A DNA stretch of 64,000 nt from Candidatus Marinacidobacterales bacterium (GTDB lineage: Bacteria; Acidobacteriota; Vicinamibacteria; Marinacidobacterales; DATDRI01). Of this stretch, positions 50,861-60,781 are shown one piece after another (position 1 is the stretch's first letter; each line of letters opens with the position of its first letter). The notes beneath the pieces were generated by a model. The model did not search any database. It saw nothing but the letters and a program-made list of their open reading frames with translations, and was not told where the DNA came from. Both the position numbers and the translations under genes were made by a program. The stretch spans positions 1,146,551 to 1,210,550 of the forward strand of contig CBDANW010000002.1 of NCBI GenBank assembly GCA_965197825.1, given 5' to 3'.

Positions 50861-52105
50861 CTAACCGACCACGCTGGTGAGGAGGTCGCTGAGTTTGCGG
50901 CCCCGTTCTTCCCAAGAATAGCGTTTGGCGTCCTCGGCGGCTTGTGTGGCTAGCCGTTTCGCCTCTTCCGGATCCCTGGCAAGTCTTTCGAAGGCGGCGG
51001 CGAGCGCTTCTGGTTTACCGGGTGGAACGAGCAGTGCGTTCTCCTCGTGCTTCAGCACTTCGCGTAACGATGGAAGGTCCGATGCCACAATCGCCCGACC
51101 CGACGCCATCGCTTCGAAGAGCTTGAGTGGTAAGGTAAACACGCGAGCGGTCATCGAATCCAGCATCGGGATTACGAACAGATCGGCGTTCAACCTCTCC
51201 TTGGCAACCTTGGGAGGTGAAAGAAAGCCTCTGAAATGGATTCGGTCGGCGAGGCGGAGTCGTTCCGCCAAGCGCCGGACACGATCGATATCCGGCTCCG
51301 GCAAAAGCCCTCCGATCACCACCAGCTCCGCTTCGGCTATATGTTTCATCGATTCTATGAGTACATCTACCCCCTTCCACGGGTAGAGCTGGCCTACGTA
51401 ATACACTTGAAGGGGTTGGTCGGAGGATCGCGCCGGCGGAGGAGGCATTTCGGCTGGAATCTCGGTGGCGTTCGGGATGACTCGCACTGGGGCGAGCGGT
51501 GTATGGAGCTCGGACAGACAGGTCAGAAGGCCATGGGTGAGCGCCACGATCGCCGTCGCTCTCCGGCACACCCTGCGCTCACGTCTGGTTAGTCTTCTTA
51601 GCTTTCCGATGCTCGGCTGCGGTGCGTTCCCATTCTGGTAGAGCCGACTGGTCTCCTCCGAAAATAGGGCGGCCGCAGTATGCGCTTCATAGATCACCGG
51701 ATGCCGGTGATACCACTTGGTGCGCAAGGCGAGGTCGGCCAGCACGAGATCCCGCGTGAAGACGGCGTCGTACCTGCGGCTTGCGAACAGAGGAAGGCAC
51801 TTCGCCGCAAACGCCAATCGTCCCCAAGCCGATCCGGGAACCGGGATGGAAAGTCGCCGCAGGTTTAGATTGGGGTGCGGGGCGAGCCCGAAGAATTCCA
51901 GGCAGGCTTCGTCGGTACGCGAGTCGCTCCGGCGCACAACCAGATCTACGACGACCCCTCGTCGCGCCAAAGCGTGGCACGTCTGGGCGGTTTGGATACC
52001 GTTGGCCCGTTCCATCGGAAAACGGATGTTGGCCGGATATAGCAGTCTCACTGGATGTAGCCCAGCGCCCGCAAAGGTGTCTCGCATCTCTTGATCCAGC
52101 GCCAC
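50861..52105 (-). CDS. Glycosyltransferase family 4 (GT-B, retaining)
   Basis: N-terminal acceptor domain and C-terminal donor domain with GGLLPEP...FVIPMLDSMTARVFTLPLKLFEAMASGRAIVASDLPSLREV (E-x7-E-like motif). Confidence 0.85.
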   Translation of the reverse strand: MALDQEMRDTFAGAGLHPVRLLYPANIRFPMERANGIQTAQTCHALARRGVVVDLVVRRSDSRTDEACLEFFGLAPHPNLNLRRLSIPVPGSAWGRLAFAAKCLPLFASRRYDAVFTRDLVLADLALRTKWYHRHPVIYEAHTAAALFSEETSRLYQNGNAPQPSIGKLRRLTRRERRVCRRATAIVALTHGLLTCLSELHTPLAPVRVIPNATEIPAEMPPPPARSSDQPLQVYYVGQLYPWKGVDVLIESMKHIAEAELVVIGGLLPEPDIDRVRRLAERLRLADRIHFRGFLSPPKVAKERLNADLFVIPMLDSMTARVFTLPLKLFEAMASGRAIVASDLPSLREVLKHEENALLVPPGKPEALAAAFERLARDPEEAKRLATQAAEDAKRYSWEERGRKLSDLLTSVVG

Positions 52106-52175
52106 TCAATTGCGGGCCAACGCCAGCGCAAGATACCAGACCAGACCCGAATGAATTCATCCACCCGGTGTAGTT

Positions 52176-53327
52176 TCATTGGCCACTCTGACCTGGCCCC
52201 ATGCCGGTTGCTCCAGTAAGCTCGACCTTGCAGCATCGCCGACAAACCGGGAAGATACCGTGCTCCAGAAGCTTCTTCCTTAGTCCGACAAACTTCGGAC
52301 CATTCCAAATTTCTTCCAGGGGCTCTTTTCTCACATCACCCATCTCCGTCCGTATGACCGGGCAGAAGTGGACCTTGCCGTCAAAGGTGACGCGTCCTCC
52401 GAAGTATGGATAAAAACACCGGCCTCTTAACGGCTCGTTCGGCGTGTAGTACTTTTCCAAATGCTCGTAGGATTGAGCCGGCCTCCAGTTGATGGTCACA
52501 CCTTTGCTCTCGGCGTACTCCACGGCTTTTTTCAAGACCGGAGCAACTTCTTGCGGATTGATTCCGGGATCGTCGGTCACGTACGTGGTGATGAGCGCAG
52601 GGTTGGTCTCTCCTATGATCTGAAGAGTCTGCTCGACTTCTTGGTGTGTTGCGAACATCAGCTGATTCAGGCCGATGAGCTTGACTTCCAGCTCCGCCGC
52701 GGCGTCCACGATTTCCGATAGTAGATGGAGGTTTCCGGAAGTGAGGGTCGTGTTGATGGACAGTGGCAAGCCGAGCCCGCGTGCGGCGAAGACTTTTCGC
52801 AAGCCCCGAATATTGTTGGCCGTTTTGTCGAACGCCCCCTTCTGGCCACGGATCTCGTCGTGGAAGCTTTGTGGACCATCGATGGATACGCTGATGTGGC
52901 GCAGGAACCCCGACGCGACTAGCTCTGCGAGGGCTTCCGCTTTGTCGTCGCCGATCACTGTCCCGTTGGTAGTGATGTACTTGCTGTGCAATCCCTTTTT
53001 CTGGAGCTGATGGAAGACCTCGATTAGGTTCTTGCGTACGAAAGGTTCTCCGCCTGTGATGTTGACGGATTTGACGCCTCCCTTCACGAAGATACGATCC
53101 AACTCGTCGAGGCTAAGCTCCTTGGAACGCCAATCTTCTGGGTTCAGGATGTCGGCAACGTAGCAGAAGCTGCAGTGGAGATTGCAAAGGAGGGTGGGCT
53201 CGTAGACCACGAAGTGGGGCGTACTGGGGGCGACGCCGTCACCGCGCTTGGTGAACTGTTGAGTGCGGCGGCGGCGGATAGTACTGGCTACGCGGTTTTT
53301 TAGCTTTTTGAGGTTTTGTTTGAGCAA
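52176..53327 (-). CDS. Radical SAM protein with C-terminal SPASM/twitch-type Cys cluster
   Basis: CNLHCSFC (Cx3Cx2C) 4Fe-4S motif, GGEP, and a C-terminal Cys cluster (CFYPYF...CPVIR...CRRCC). Confidence 0.85.
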   Translation of the reverse strand: MLKQNLKKLKNRVASTIRRRRTQQFTKRGDGVAPSTPHFVVYEPTLLCNLHCSFCYVADILNPEDWRSKELSLDELDRIFVKGGVKSVNITGGEPFVRKNLIEVFHQLQKKGLHSKYITTNGTVIGDDKAEALAELVASGFLRHISVSIDGPQSFHDEIRGQKGAFDKTANNIRGLRKVFAARGLGLPLSINTTLTSGNLHLLSEIVDAAAELEVKLIGLNQLMFATHQEVEQTLQIIGETNPALITTYVTDDPGINPQEVAPVLKKAVEYAESKGVTINWRPAQSYEHLEKYYTPNEPLRGRCFYPYFGGRVTFDGKVHFCPVIRTEMGDVRKEPLEEIWNGPKFVGLRKKLLEHGIFPVCRRCCKVELTGATGMGPGQSGQ

Positions 53328-53417
53328 AAAGCGTCCCTTCGAAATGGCTAGCCCATGAGAGATTATAGCCCAATACTGATACTGTCAAATTGAGCCGGCG
53401 CCTGACAGACTGGGCGG

Positions 53418-54460
53418 ATGAAAAGCGAAACGCCGAGCTACCGCGGATATCGATTTCCGCCCGAAATCATCAGCCACGCGGTCTGGCTGTACCACCGATT
53501 TTGCTTGACTCTTGATCGACAAAACAAACCTTTCGACATAAGCGTTCAGATTCGGCGAACGCTACGCCAGCCGAATGACGTCAGTTTCGGCGTGCTCGAG
53601 CAAGTCGCAAAACTCTGTGGTGAACTTCTTGTCGCGGTCTAAGATGAGGAATCGCTTGCCGCGCACAAAGCCGTCCAGCGGGTCGGTGAGATTCCGACCG
53701 ACCTGCATCATGAACCCGCCGTCCGGCCTGGGAGTGATTCCGGCAATGTGCACTTTTCGCGAAGACAGCTCAATGACGACGAGCACATAGTAGGTTACGA
53801 CGTGAGGTCAAAATACTCATGCGGCTTCCCGATGGTAGAAACGTAGCAACCCGCCAAGCCGTTCACGGGAGCGCACCTTGCGCTCGGACTGAGGTAACTG
53901 GTCGCTGGCTGGGAACAGCAGCAGATTCTCCTTGCCTTGATGATTCCTCTCGTGATGATGGTAGACGACGTACTCCCTAAGCGCATGACGGAGCGACTTC
54001 TCGCCGAACAGGATGAGCTTCGAGAGACATTCCTCTTTGACTGACTTCACCCAGCGCTCCGCGAACGAGTTCAAATCCGGGCTCCGTGCGGCCAGCTTGA
54101 CGGGCGCGACGCCAACCGCCTCGATGGTTCGGTGGAACGACTCGAAGAACTTCGAGTCCCGGTCGTGAATGAGGTATCGGCTCGAGGACACAAAGCCGAC
54201 ATCTGCCATGCGTGAGGTCAAAATACTCATGCGGCTTCCTGATGGTAGAAACGTAGCAATCCGCCAAGCCGTTCACAGGAGCGCACCTTGCTCTCGGACT
54301 GACGTAACTGGTCGCTTCAGACGCTTTTCCGAGCTCGGCCAGAGACCGCCGTTCGCCATCGGTCAGGCGCAAACGACCCTGTATCTGATTTCGAAGAACT
54401 CGATTCTCGGCCACAAAATACTCGTTGCCCAGGAGCAACTCCTCATCCGCGGATCTTGAG
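53418..54460. mobile_element. Mosaic of transposase fragments (IS6-like N-terminus; rve integrase-core fragments) containing a 115-bp direct duplication
   Basis: 53418-53520 encodes an IS6-like start (MKSETPSYRGYRFPPEIISHAVWLYHRF). Minus-strand ORFs 53562-53786, 53817-54230 and 53977-54438 encode DDE integrase-core pieces (HDRDSKF..., RSPDLNSFAERWVKSVKEECL..., HHHERNHQG). An N-terminal ENRVLRNQIQGRLRLTDGERRSL motif is present. A 115-bp repeat lies at 53797-53910 and 54208-54320. Confidence 0.6.
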
Positions 54461-54660
54461 ATGTTAGGTCAGCATGGTCTTCCAGTTCATGCGGATTCAA
54501 GCGGCCTTTGGAAAGGTGCAGACTGCTGACCCGCTGGGCGTTAGAGTATTTTTGACCAGACGCGGATGAAATGGCGTCACCAAGTCGTCTCTTGTTGCAT
54601 TTCCAAATGAGTTCAGACTAGTTTTATATCTAGTCATTCTTTTGGCGGAGGTAACGCTGC

Positions 54661-54921
54661 ATGAGCAAGACATGGCAGGTGCAGGATGCCAAGGCGCGTT
54701 TCAGCGAGTTGCTTGAGACGAGTTTGGCGGAAGGCCCCCAGATCGTCACCAAACGGGGTGTGGAGACGGCCGTGCTAGTGCCCATCGACGAGTGGCGACG
54801 ATTGGAGAAGCGGGCCAGGCCGGATCTCAAGCAACTACTGCTCGCTCCGGAAGCGCGCACGGATGCGCTGACGCCGCCACGGTCGCGGCATCGCCACCGC
54901 GTGTCTCCGAGCCTCGAATAA
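54661..54921 (+). CDS. Phd/YefM-family antitoxin (type II TA)
   Basis: MSKTWQVQDAKARFSELLETSLAEGPQIVTKRGVETAVLVPIDEWRRL matches the Phd/YefM consensus. Confidence 0.8.
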   Translation: MSKTWQVQDAKARFSELLETSLAEGPQIVTKRGVETAVLVPIDEWRRLEKRARPDLKQLLLAPEARTDALTPPRSRHRHRVSPSLE

Positions 54922-54925
54922 GTCC

Positions 54926-55093
54926 GTGTATCTGCTCGACACCAATGTCGTATCGGAACTGCGCCGTCCTCATCCGCATCCAACCGTCCTCCGGTGGATT
55001 GAACAGGTGGCCGCCGATGAACTGTTTTTGTCCGCAGTAACGGTTGGGGAGATCTCATTGAAGCCCAGCTTTCGAGCGCAACATGCTCGTTAA
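54926..55093 (+). pseudogene. VapC-type PIN-domain toxin, truncated after about 55 residues
   Basis: GTG start 5 nt after the antitoxin stop. VYLLDTNVVSELRRPHPHPTVLRWIEQVAADELFLSAVTVGEI is a canonical PIN N-terminus (first catalytic Asp). A stop follows at 55091-55093 and the remaining PIN acidic residues are absent. The IS256 copy follows. Confidence 0.65.
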
Positions 55094-55375
55094 CCCATTC
55101 ATGTCAACGCCGGCCGAAAACTGCACATTCATGGCGGGTACCCGCTCCCGCTACCACGTGAAGGCGAAGATTCTGACCGTGTGTCGACCCGGCTCGGGTC
55201 TGCTGAAGTCCGGGGCCTTGTACTGCTCGGGCACGGTGGACCAGCCTTCGTAAATGTTGCCGCCGAAGTAGAAGCGCCGCGTCGTGCCGAGCTCCGTGGT
55301 CGGACTGCCCGGGGATGTGTCCCGAGGTCCGTGGAAAAAGAACGGCACCCTCTACTCCGTCATCAGAGTATCATA

Positions 55376-56584
55376 TCAGGCGGCAACCTTCGCGCGTTCG
55401 AGAACCTCGCTCAGACGTTGGTAGCCGTCGATGCGTCGTAGTTGAATCTGGCCAGAGGCGATAAGCCCAAACAGCAAAGCGACCGCGGACTCCTCGCTGG
55501 AGAACGACGCTTGGGTTTTCGTCCGGCGTCGAAACTCGCGGTTGAGATTCTCCAGAGCATTGGTCGTTCGAATCGATTTCCACATGGCACGATGGAATTC
55601 GTAGAAGGTCAGCAGCTGATTACCGGCCTCCTCTAGGCTTCGGACGACGGCCGGCGCGAGAGGCGTCCACTTGGCGACGAGCTCGTCATAGGCTTTGCGA
55701 GCATCGATCCCGTTCTTGGCGTAGACGATCCGGTTGTAGTCACGCCGGAGCTCACGGCGTGCGTGCGCCGGGCAATGTTCGAGCAAGTCGGCGCGCTTGT
55801 GCTCGGTACATCGCTGCAACCGGCACCCCGGCCACTTCTCCAGCGCTTTCGTCAGCCCCTTGTGGCCGTCGCTGATCACTAGCTTGGGAGCCCGGAGTCC
55901 TCGAGCCTGGAGTCCCTCCAGCACGGAGCCCCAATGCGTCGAGGCTTCGCTCACCGCCAGACGCAATGACAACAGACGTTTGTGCCCGTCTGGCGCGACC
56001 CCGAGCGCGACCAGTACGGGTACGCTGATCACACGTTTCGCCATCCGCACTTTCAGGTGGAAGCCGTCCAGGTAAACGATCGCGTAGACCTCCTCGCTGA
56101 GAGCACGGTTCTGCCATTCCTCGAAGCGCTCCTTCAGCCGGCTAACCACGCGAGACACCGCGCTCTTCGATAGGTGCTCCTCACCGAGCAGTGGTTTCAG
56201 CGCTTTGCGGATCCGGCGGCTATTCGCGCCCGACAAGTACGTCCCCAAGATCGCCTCGTCGACCTCACGAGTCCGGCGCGCGTACCGGGGCAACAGCTCG
56301 CTCCTGAACTCTGTCGTCTCTCCCGTTTCCTCGTCTCGCACGCGGGCTCGTGGCACACGGAGCTCGCGAGTTCCCACCGACGTCGTCACGCGACGGGTTT
56401 CGGCTCCGTTGCGATATCCACGGCGGTCTTCCGCACGCTCGTAGCTACCACACCCCAGCGCTTGGTCGACTTCTTCCTCGAGCACAACCTCGATCGCCTC
56501 CAGTACCCGCTTACGCAGCCGAAGTTGGACGAACTCCCGGTACTCGCTTACAGACTCCTTCGATATGGTGGTAGGCTTCTTCAT
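55376..56584 (-). CDS. IS256-family transposase (third IS256-family element, single copy in window)
   Basis: 402 aa with the full IS256 signature (NGYYERS-like RNGAETRR..., YLDGFHLKV, LVALGVAPDGHKRLL, ISDGHKGL, CTEHKRADLL, IRTTNALENLNREFRRRTKT). The element ends lie roughly at 55345 and 56660 but were not resolved. Confidence 0.9.
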   Translation of the reverse strand: MKKPTTISKESVSEYREFVQLRLRKRVLEAIEVVLEEEVDQALGCGSYERAEDRRGYRNGAETRRVTTSVGTRELRVPRARVRDEETGETTEFRSELLPRYARRTREVDEAILGTYLSGANSRRIRKALKPLLGEEHLSKSAVSRVVSRLKERFEEWQNRALSEEVYAIVYLDGFHLKVRMAKRVISVPVLVALGVAPDGHKRLLSLRLAVSEASTHWGSVLEGLQARGLRAPKLVISDGHKGLTKALEKWPGCRLQRCTEHKRADLLEHCPAHARRELRRDYNRIVYAKNGIDARKAYDELVAKWTPLAPAVVRSLEEAGNQLLTFYEFHRAMWKSIRTTNALENLNREFRRRTKTQASFSSEESAVALLFGLIASGQIQLRRIDGYQRLSEVLERAKVAA

Positions 56585-56741
56585 GGCGTAATCCTCCTCC
56601 TCGCCTTTCCAGGCGCGGTTTCGTTTTGTTTAACCGGAGGTTACGCCATTCTTATTTCCACGGGAAGCGGGACGGATCCAAGTAGACGATAGCGGTCGGT
56701 CGGTCACGCTGGAGCCAACCAGCGATGGCGACGACCAACAG

Positions 56742-56800
56742 TTGTGCTCCGCAAAAAGTCGATCCAGCGGTACGCGATCTTTTTTTTGCGGATCACAGGT
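56742..56800. repeat. Hairpin-forming repeat (gttgtgctccgcaaaaagtcgatcc ... ttttttgcggatcaca); an extended second copy lies at 63539-63640
   Basis: Both copies share the 25-bp left arm and the 16-bp right arm. The arms are inverted repeats (ccgcaaaaa / tttttgcgg) separated by 11 nt here and about 60 nt in the second copy. Confidence 0.6.
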
Positions 56801-56846
56801 TTCATGCACTAACGCCTATCCCCTGTCTCAGTTCTATTGCCGTCCA

Positions 56847-57257
56847 TTACTTTGCGCGGTCTTCCTGGGATTGCGAATCGCCATCGTCTACCTCTGGCTC
56901 AGAAGCCTCCGGCTCAGCAGCCTCCGGTTCGGCAGCCTCTGACTCAGCAGCCTCTGGCTCAGCAGCCTCTGGCTCAGCAACCTCTGGCTCAGCAGCCTCT
57001 GGCTCAGCAGCCTCTGGCTCAGCAGCCTCTGGCTCAGCAACCTCTGGCTCAGCAGCCTCTGGCTCAGCAACCTCTGGTTCAGCAGCCTCTGGCTCAGCAG
57101 CCTCTGGCTCAGCAGCCTCTGGCCCAACAGCCTCCGGTTCAGAAGCCTCCGGCTCAGCAAGAACAGTAGTAATTCGTGAATTTAGCTCATGCAGCTGCTT
57201 CTCCAACTGTGCTACAAACTCCGATATCAACTCGGCAATCATTCTATTGTCTTTCAT
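56847..57257 (-). CDS. Small acidic protein with N-terminal helical segment and (AEPEA)n pentapeptide repeats
   Basis: Strong RBS (GGGAGG-N6-ATG). [31 protein letters not shown] followed by about 17 tandem AEPEA/VEPEA units encoded by a 15-bp minisatellite (ggctcagcagcctct)n at 56880-57160. Confidence 0.5.
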   Translation of the reverse strand: MKDNRMIAELISEFVAQLEKQLHELNSRITTVLAEPEASEPEAVGPEAAEPEAAEPEAAEPEVAEPEAAEPEVAEPEAAEPEAAEPEAAEPEVAEPEAAEPEAAESEAAEPEAAEPEASEPEVDDGDSQSQEDRAK

Positions 57258-57260
57258 TGA

Positions 57261-57614
<354 letters not shown>

Positions 57615-57787
57615 TGCCGTTCCCAACTGGATCCGCCTAGAACGTGATTAGCCGAGGTCAGCGTTGGCGCTGCGAAGTGCCGCCGTCGTACTTGGGGAGA
57701 TTAGTTGGAGCGGCACTAGGAGGCGGGTTTCGTCGCAACTTTGCGGGGCGTGGGCTTGTCCGCTAAGCGGAGCTCGGATTTAGGCTG

Positions 57788-57824
57788 GCTCTTGCCCGTC
57801 CTGTGCCAAAACTCGGCCCTTTTG
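57788..57824. repeat. 37-bp sequence whose reverse complement recurs at 63362-63398 (inverted-repeat pair about 5.5 kb apart)
   Basis: cccgtcctgtgccaaaactcggcccttttgaaatag here versus cccatttcaaaagggccgagttttggcacaggacgggg at 63362. There is one mismatch over about 36 bp. Confidence 0.7.
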
Positions 57825-58058
57825 AAATAGACCGGTCCCCCCCTTGAGACGATACCCTTAATGGCTTCTCTGAAAGTTGTAGTGAGCGGGCTGCTAGCCC
57901 GAGCTCATAGGGTACACGACGGCGTCTTCTCATTAGCTGAGCGATTAGCCTTAATAACGGCTCGATTCAGCTCCGAAATGGCCTCAAATCGCATTTTGAT
58001 GACCTGTTTTGCTCTGTTACTGCTCGTTTGCTGCCAAGACCCGGATAGCTCCACTTGG

Positions 58059-59458
58059 GTGATGTCTTAAGATTCCTGTCAAAGAAAAACGATGTATGGT
58101 TCCCCAAGCTCAAAACCCGTCCCCGTCATGGGGACAGAAAAGGAGAACCATACATCATGGGAAAGGTACTACCGAGTCAGCGATTACTCAAGCAGTTCGA
58201 GGAACAACTGGTATTTGGGGAGATGAATCTCTCGGAGATCGTCCGGTCGGGAGCTCAGATGATGCTTCAATATGCGTTGGAGCGCGAGGTGACGGAGGCG
58301 TTGGGTCGAAACTACTATGAGAACGCTCCGGCAACGACGAAGGAGAAGGGACGACGCAACGGGTATGAGTCGCATCGGGTCCTCACGGGCGAGGGAGCGG
58401 TAACGGTGCAAGTGCCGCGGGTACGAGAAACAGAGAAGGTGTTTCAGTCAAAGATTCTCGACGCCTACGTGAGCCGGACCGAGAAACTCGATGAACTGAT
58501 CGCGCGGATGTACGTCCACGGGATGTCGACGCGTGACATTGAGGCGACGTTCGCGGACGTGCTGAGCGGCACGGGTGTCTCGAAGTCGGTGGTGAGCCGG
58601 GTCACACGGTGTCTGTCGGAGGATTTCGAGGCGTTTCGAAAACGGGATCTCTCGAACGAGAAGCTGTTGTATCTCGAGCTCGACGGCACGTACCTGCGCT
58701 ACCACCAAGGAGCGGAGAGGAAAGAGCCCATCCTCGTTGCGACCGGCTATCGCGCTGATGGGACGCGAGTTCTTCTTCATATCGGTGTCGGCAACCGAGA
58801 ATCCTACGAGAACTGGAAGGGGTTTTTGCAGGAGATGGTGGCCCGAGGAATGAGGGAGCCGTTGCTCATCGTGACGGACGGGAATCCTGGAGTGCTCAAA
58901 GCGATCGCAGAGGTCTTCCCTCGAAGCCTCAAGCAACGTTGCCAGAAGCACCGCCTCGAGAACATCCTGGGCAAGGCTCCGAAGGAAGTGCGCGACGAAC
59001 TCAAGGCGGCCATCCTTGAGTCGTTCCATGCGAACAGCTACGAGCAAGGGCTGAAGAAGGGTCGGGAGGTGATCGCTCGGTACCGTCAACGATTCCCGAG
59101 CGCGATGAAGTGCATGGAAGAGACCCTCGAAGCGTGTCTTCAGGCGCTACTCCTTCCTGCGGCGCATCACAAAAGGCTTCGCACGTCGAATCTACTTGAG
59201 CGCACGTTCGGAGAGCACAAACGTCGCACAAAGGTCATTCCTCACTTCTTCACCGAGGAGGCCGCGATGAAACTCTCGTTCGCTGTGCTCTTGGCCGTCG
59301 CAAACAAATGGCGCGGCGTGAGGATGGATGTCTTCGCCGCTAGGAAAGTCGAGGAGCTTCGCAACGAGCTTCTCCCGCAAGGCACGTCGGAGGAATCAGC
59401 AGCTTAACCGAGCGCGGGGAACCGTACGGAGATTTGACAGGAAAATTAAGACTTGACC
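58059..59458 (+). mobile_element. IS256-family insertion sequence, copy C2 (1400 bp), lacking the microsatellite expansion
   Basis: Same IRs as 21156-22713 (ggtgatgtcttaagattcctgtcaaag ... ttaagacttgacc). No obvious target-site duplication (flanks ccacttgg / accgacct). Confidence 0.85.
58157..59407 (+). CDS. IS256-family transposase (copy C2), apparently intact
   Basis: Continuous frame from MGKVLPSQRLLKQF through the DDE core to the stop. It differs from copy C1 by lacking the (KE)n insertion and the +1 frameshift. The track ORF from 58055 is a 5' extension. Confidence 0.85.
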   Translation: MGKVLPSQRLLKQFEEQLVFGEMNLSEIVRSGAQMMLQYALEREVTEALGRNYYENAPATTKEKGRRNGYESHRVLTGEGAVTVQVPRVRETEKVFQSKILDAYVSRTEKLDELIARMYVHGMSTRDIEATFADVLSGTGVSKSVVSRVTRCLSEDFEAFRKRDLSNEKLLYLELDGTYLRYHQGAERKEPILVATGYRADGTRVLLHIGVGNRESYENWKGFLQEMVARGMREPLLIVTDGNPGVLKAIAEVFPRSLKQRCQKHRLENILGKAPKEVRDELKAAILESFHANSYEQGLKKGREVIARYRQRFPSAMKCMEETLEACLQALLLPAAHHKRLRTSNLLERTFGEHKRRTKVIPHFFTEEAAMKLSFAVLLAVANKWRGVRMDVFAARKVEELRNELLPQGTSEESAA

Positions 59459-59969
59459 ACCGACCTGTGCCAAGGATTTCTTTACAATCGAGGTCTGGTC
59501 TCGGCTCTGGCCATCGACGGTGACGGGAAGGCGAAGCTACCGGAACAACTCACGCTCTGTTTCGCGACCTTTCGAGGCGGATGAATTTCGAGCGTCTTCC
59601 CCTGATCGTCACGGATGGATTCGAATTCTACCAGAAGGTCATCCGTCGCTTCTTCGGGCCAGCGTGTCTCTACGGCCAGGTCCTCAAGACGCGCAGGAAC
59701 AATCGTATCATCAAGGTCGAACGGAGAGCGCTGCACGGAGCTGTGGATTGAGCTCACCCCGCTTCATCATCGTGACGGTCGAGTGAACGTTTCGTATTCG
59801 TCGGCGACGTAACTCTGGGGCAACCCGGAGCTGATTCCCCAAACGCGGAGCCCGAACCCTGCGATCAGGATCACGATCAGCACGACCGGTACCGCAAGCT
59901 GACGGATGCTTAGCGCCGCCACTCGAGTCTGGGGAAGGCCGACGTGCGCTCCTACATTGGAGTCGTTGG

Positions 59970-60392
59970 GTGGAGCGTCCGCTCCCTCTTCCGCTTGAGC
60001 TTCGCTTCTCCGAAGCCATGCCCCGCCCGGTTAGCTTGAGCGGTTTTTCCAGTGCTGAGCCTTGGGGTCGCTGGTCGACGAGCAAAGAGGCCTCGGTCAG
60101 CTTCATGGGGAGGCTTCCAGGCAGCTTTTCGCTGATTCTCACCGCGAAAGCCTTTGGACCCAACACCAGCGAACCGATTGGAGTCACGGTTGGAGACGCG
60201 TACCAGTTGTTACCTCTATCGGCAGAGCTGGAACGGCACGAGATCTTCTTCGAAGAGATCGGCGCCTCTCGAAGTGTTCACTTCACTGTTCCTCACCCGA
60301 TAAGCCCACGAGAGCTCCAGGGAGGCGACGATTCGCGTTTACTAGGCCTGGGCATGGCCTCGATGGAGATCGTCCCGCTCCCCGGCCGATAG
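59970..60392 (+). CDS. Hypothetical protein (conserved-looking domain, unknown function)
   Basis: 140-aa ORF (SAEPWGRWSTSKEASVSF...LPGSFSLILTAKAFGPNTSEPIGVTVGD...). Good coding character but no family recognised. It lies between IS copies. Confidence 0.35.
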   Translation: MERPLPLPLELRFSEAMPRPVSLSGFSSAEPWGRWSTSKEASVSFMGRLPGSFSLILTAKAFGPNTSEPIGVTVGDAYQLLPLSAELERHEIFFEEIGASRSVHFTVPHPISPRELQGGDDSRLLGLGMASMEIVPLPGR

Positions 60393-60408
60393 AGATCATG
60401 GTTGCCGT

Positions 60409-60757
60409 CACGGCGCAGCCTGCCGCTCCTACAGAAAAGGCTTCCGATTACGAGAAAAACCGTACGCTCTTTCTTTCCCTGCTGTTGCTGGCTACCGTGG
60501 CTCCTCTGGTTCTCATGCCGCTCTTGGCAAGGGTCACGCCTGCCTCTACCAGTATCGAGTCGGCCAACCTGTTGATCTTCCTGGGCGCCAACGGTCACGT
60601 CGCGACGACTTTATTCTTCTATACCGACAGACCGCTGAAGAGCCACATGCGTGAACATCGCGGTCGCTATTTGGTGGCGCCTCTGACTCTGGTTCTGGTC
60701 ACCGGTCTCCTCTATCACTTCGCTGGGTGTCGCCGGGGATGTCCCGGCCGCTGTTGA
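60409..60757 (+). pseudogene. N-terminal fragment of a polytopic membrane protein, truncated by the downstream IS
   Basis: MVAVTAQPAAPTEKASDYEKNRTLFLSLLLLATVAPLVLMPLLARV...LLIFLGANGHVATTLFFYTDRPL...LVLVTGLLYHF has at least 3 TM helices. The frame runs to within 25 bp of the IS end at 60782. Confidence 0.35.
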
Positions 60758-60781
60758 ATTTGGTCGGGTAGCGGCGGCACC

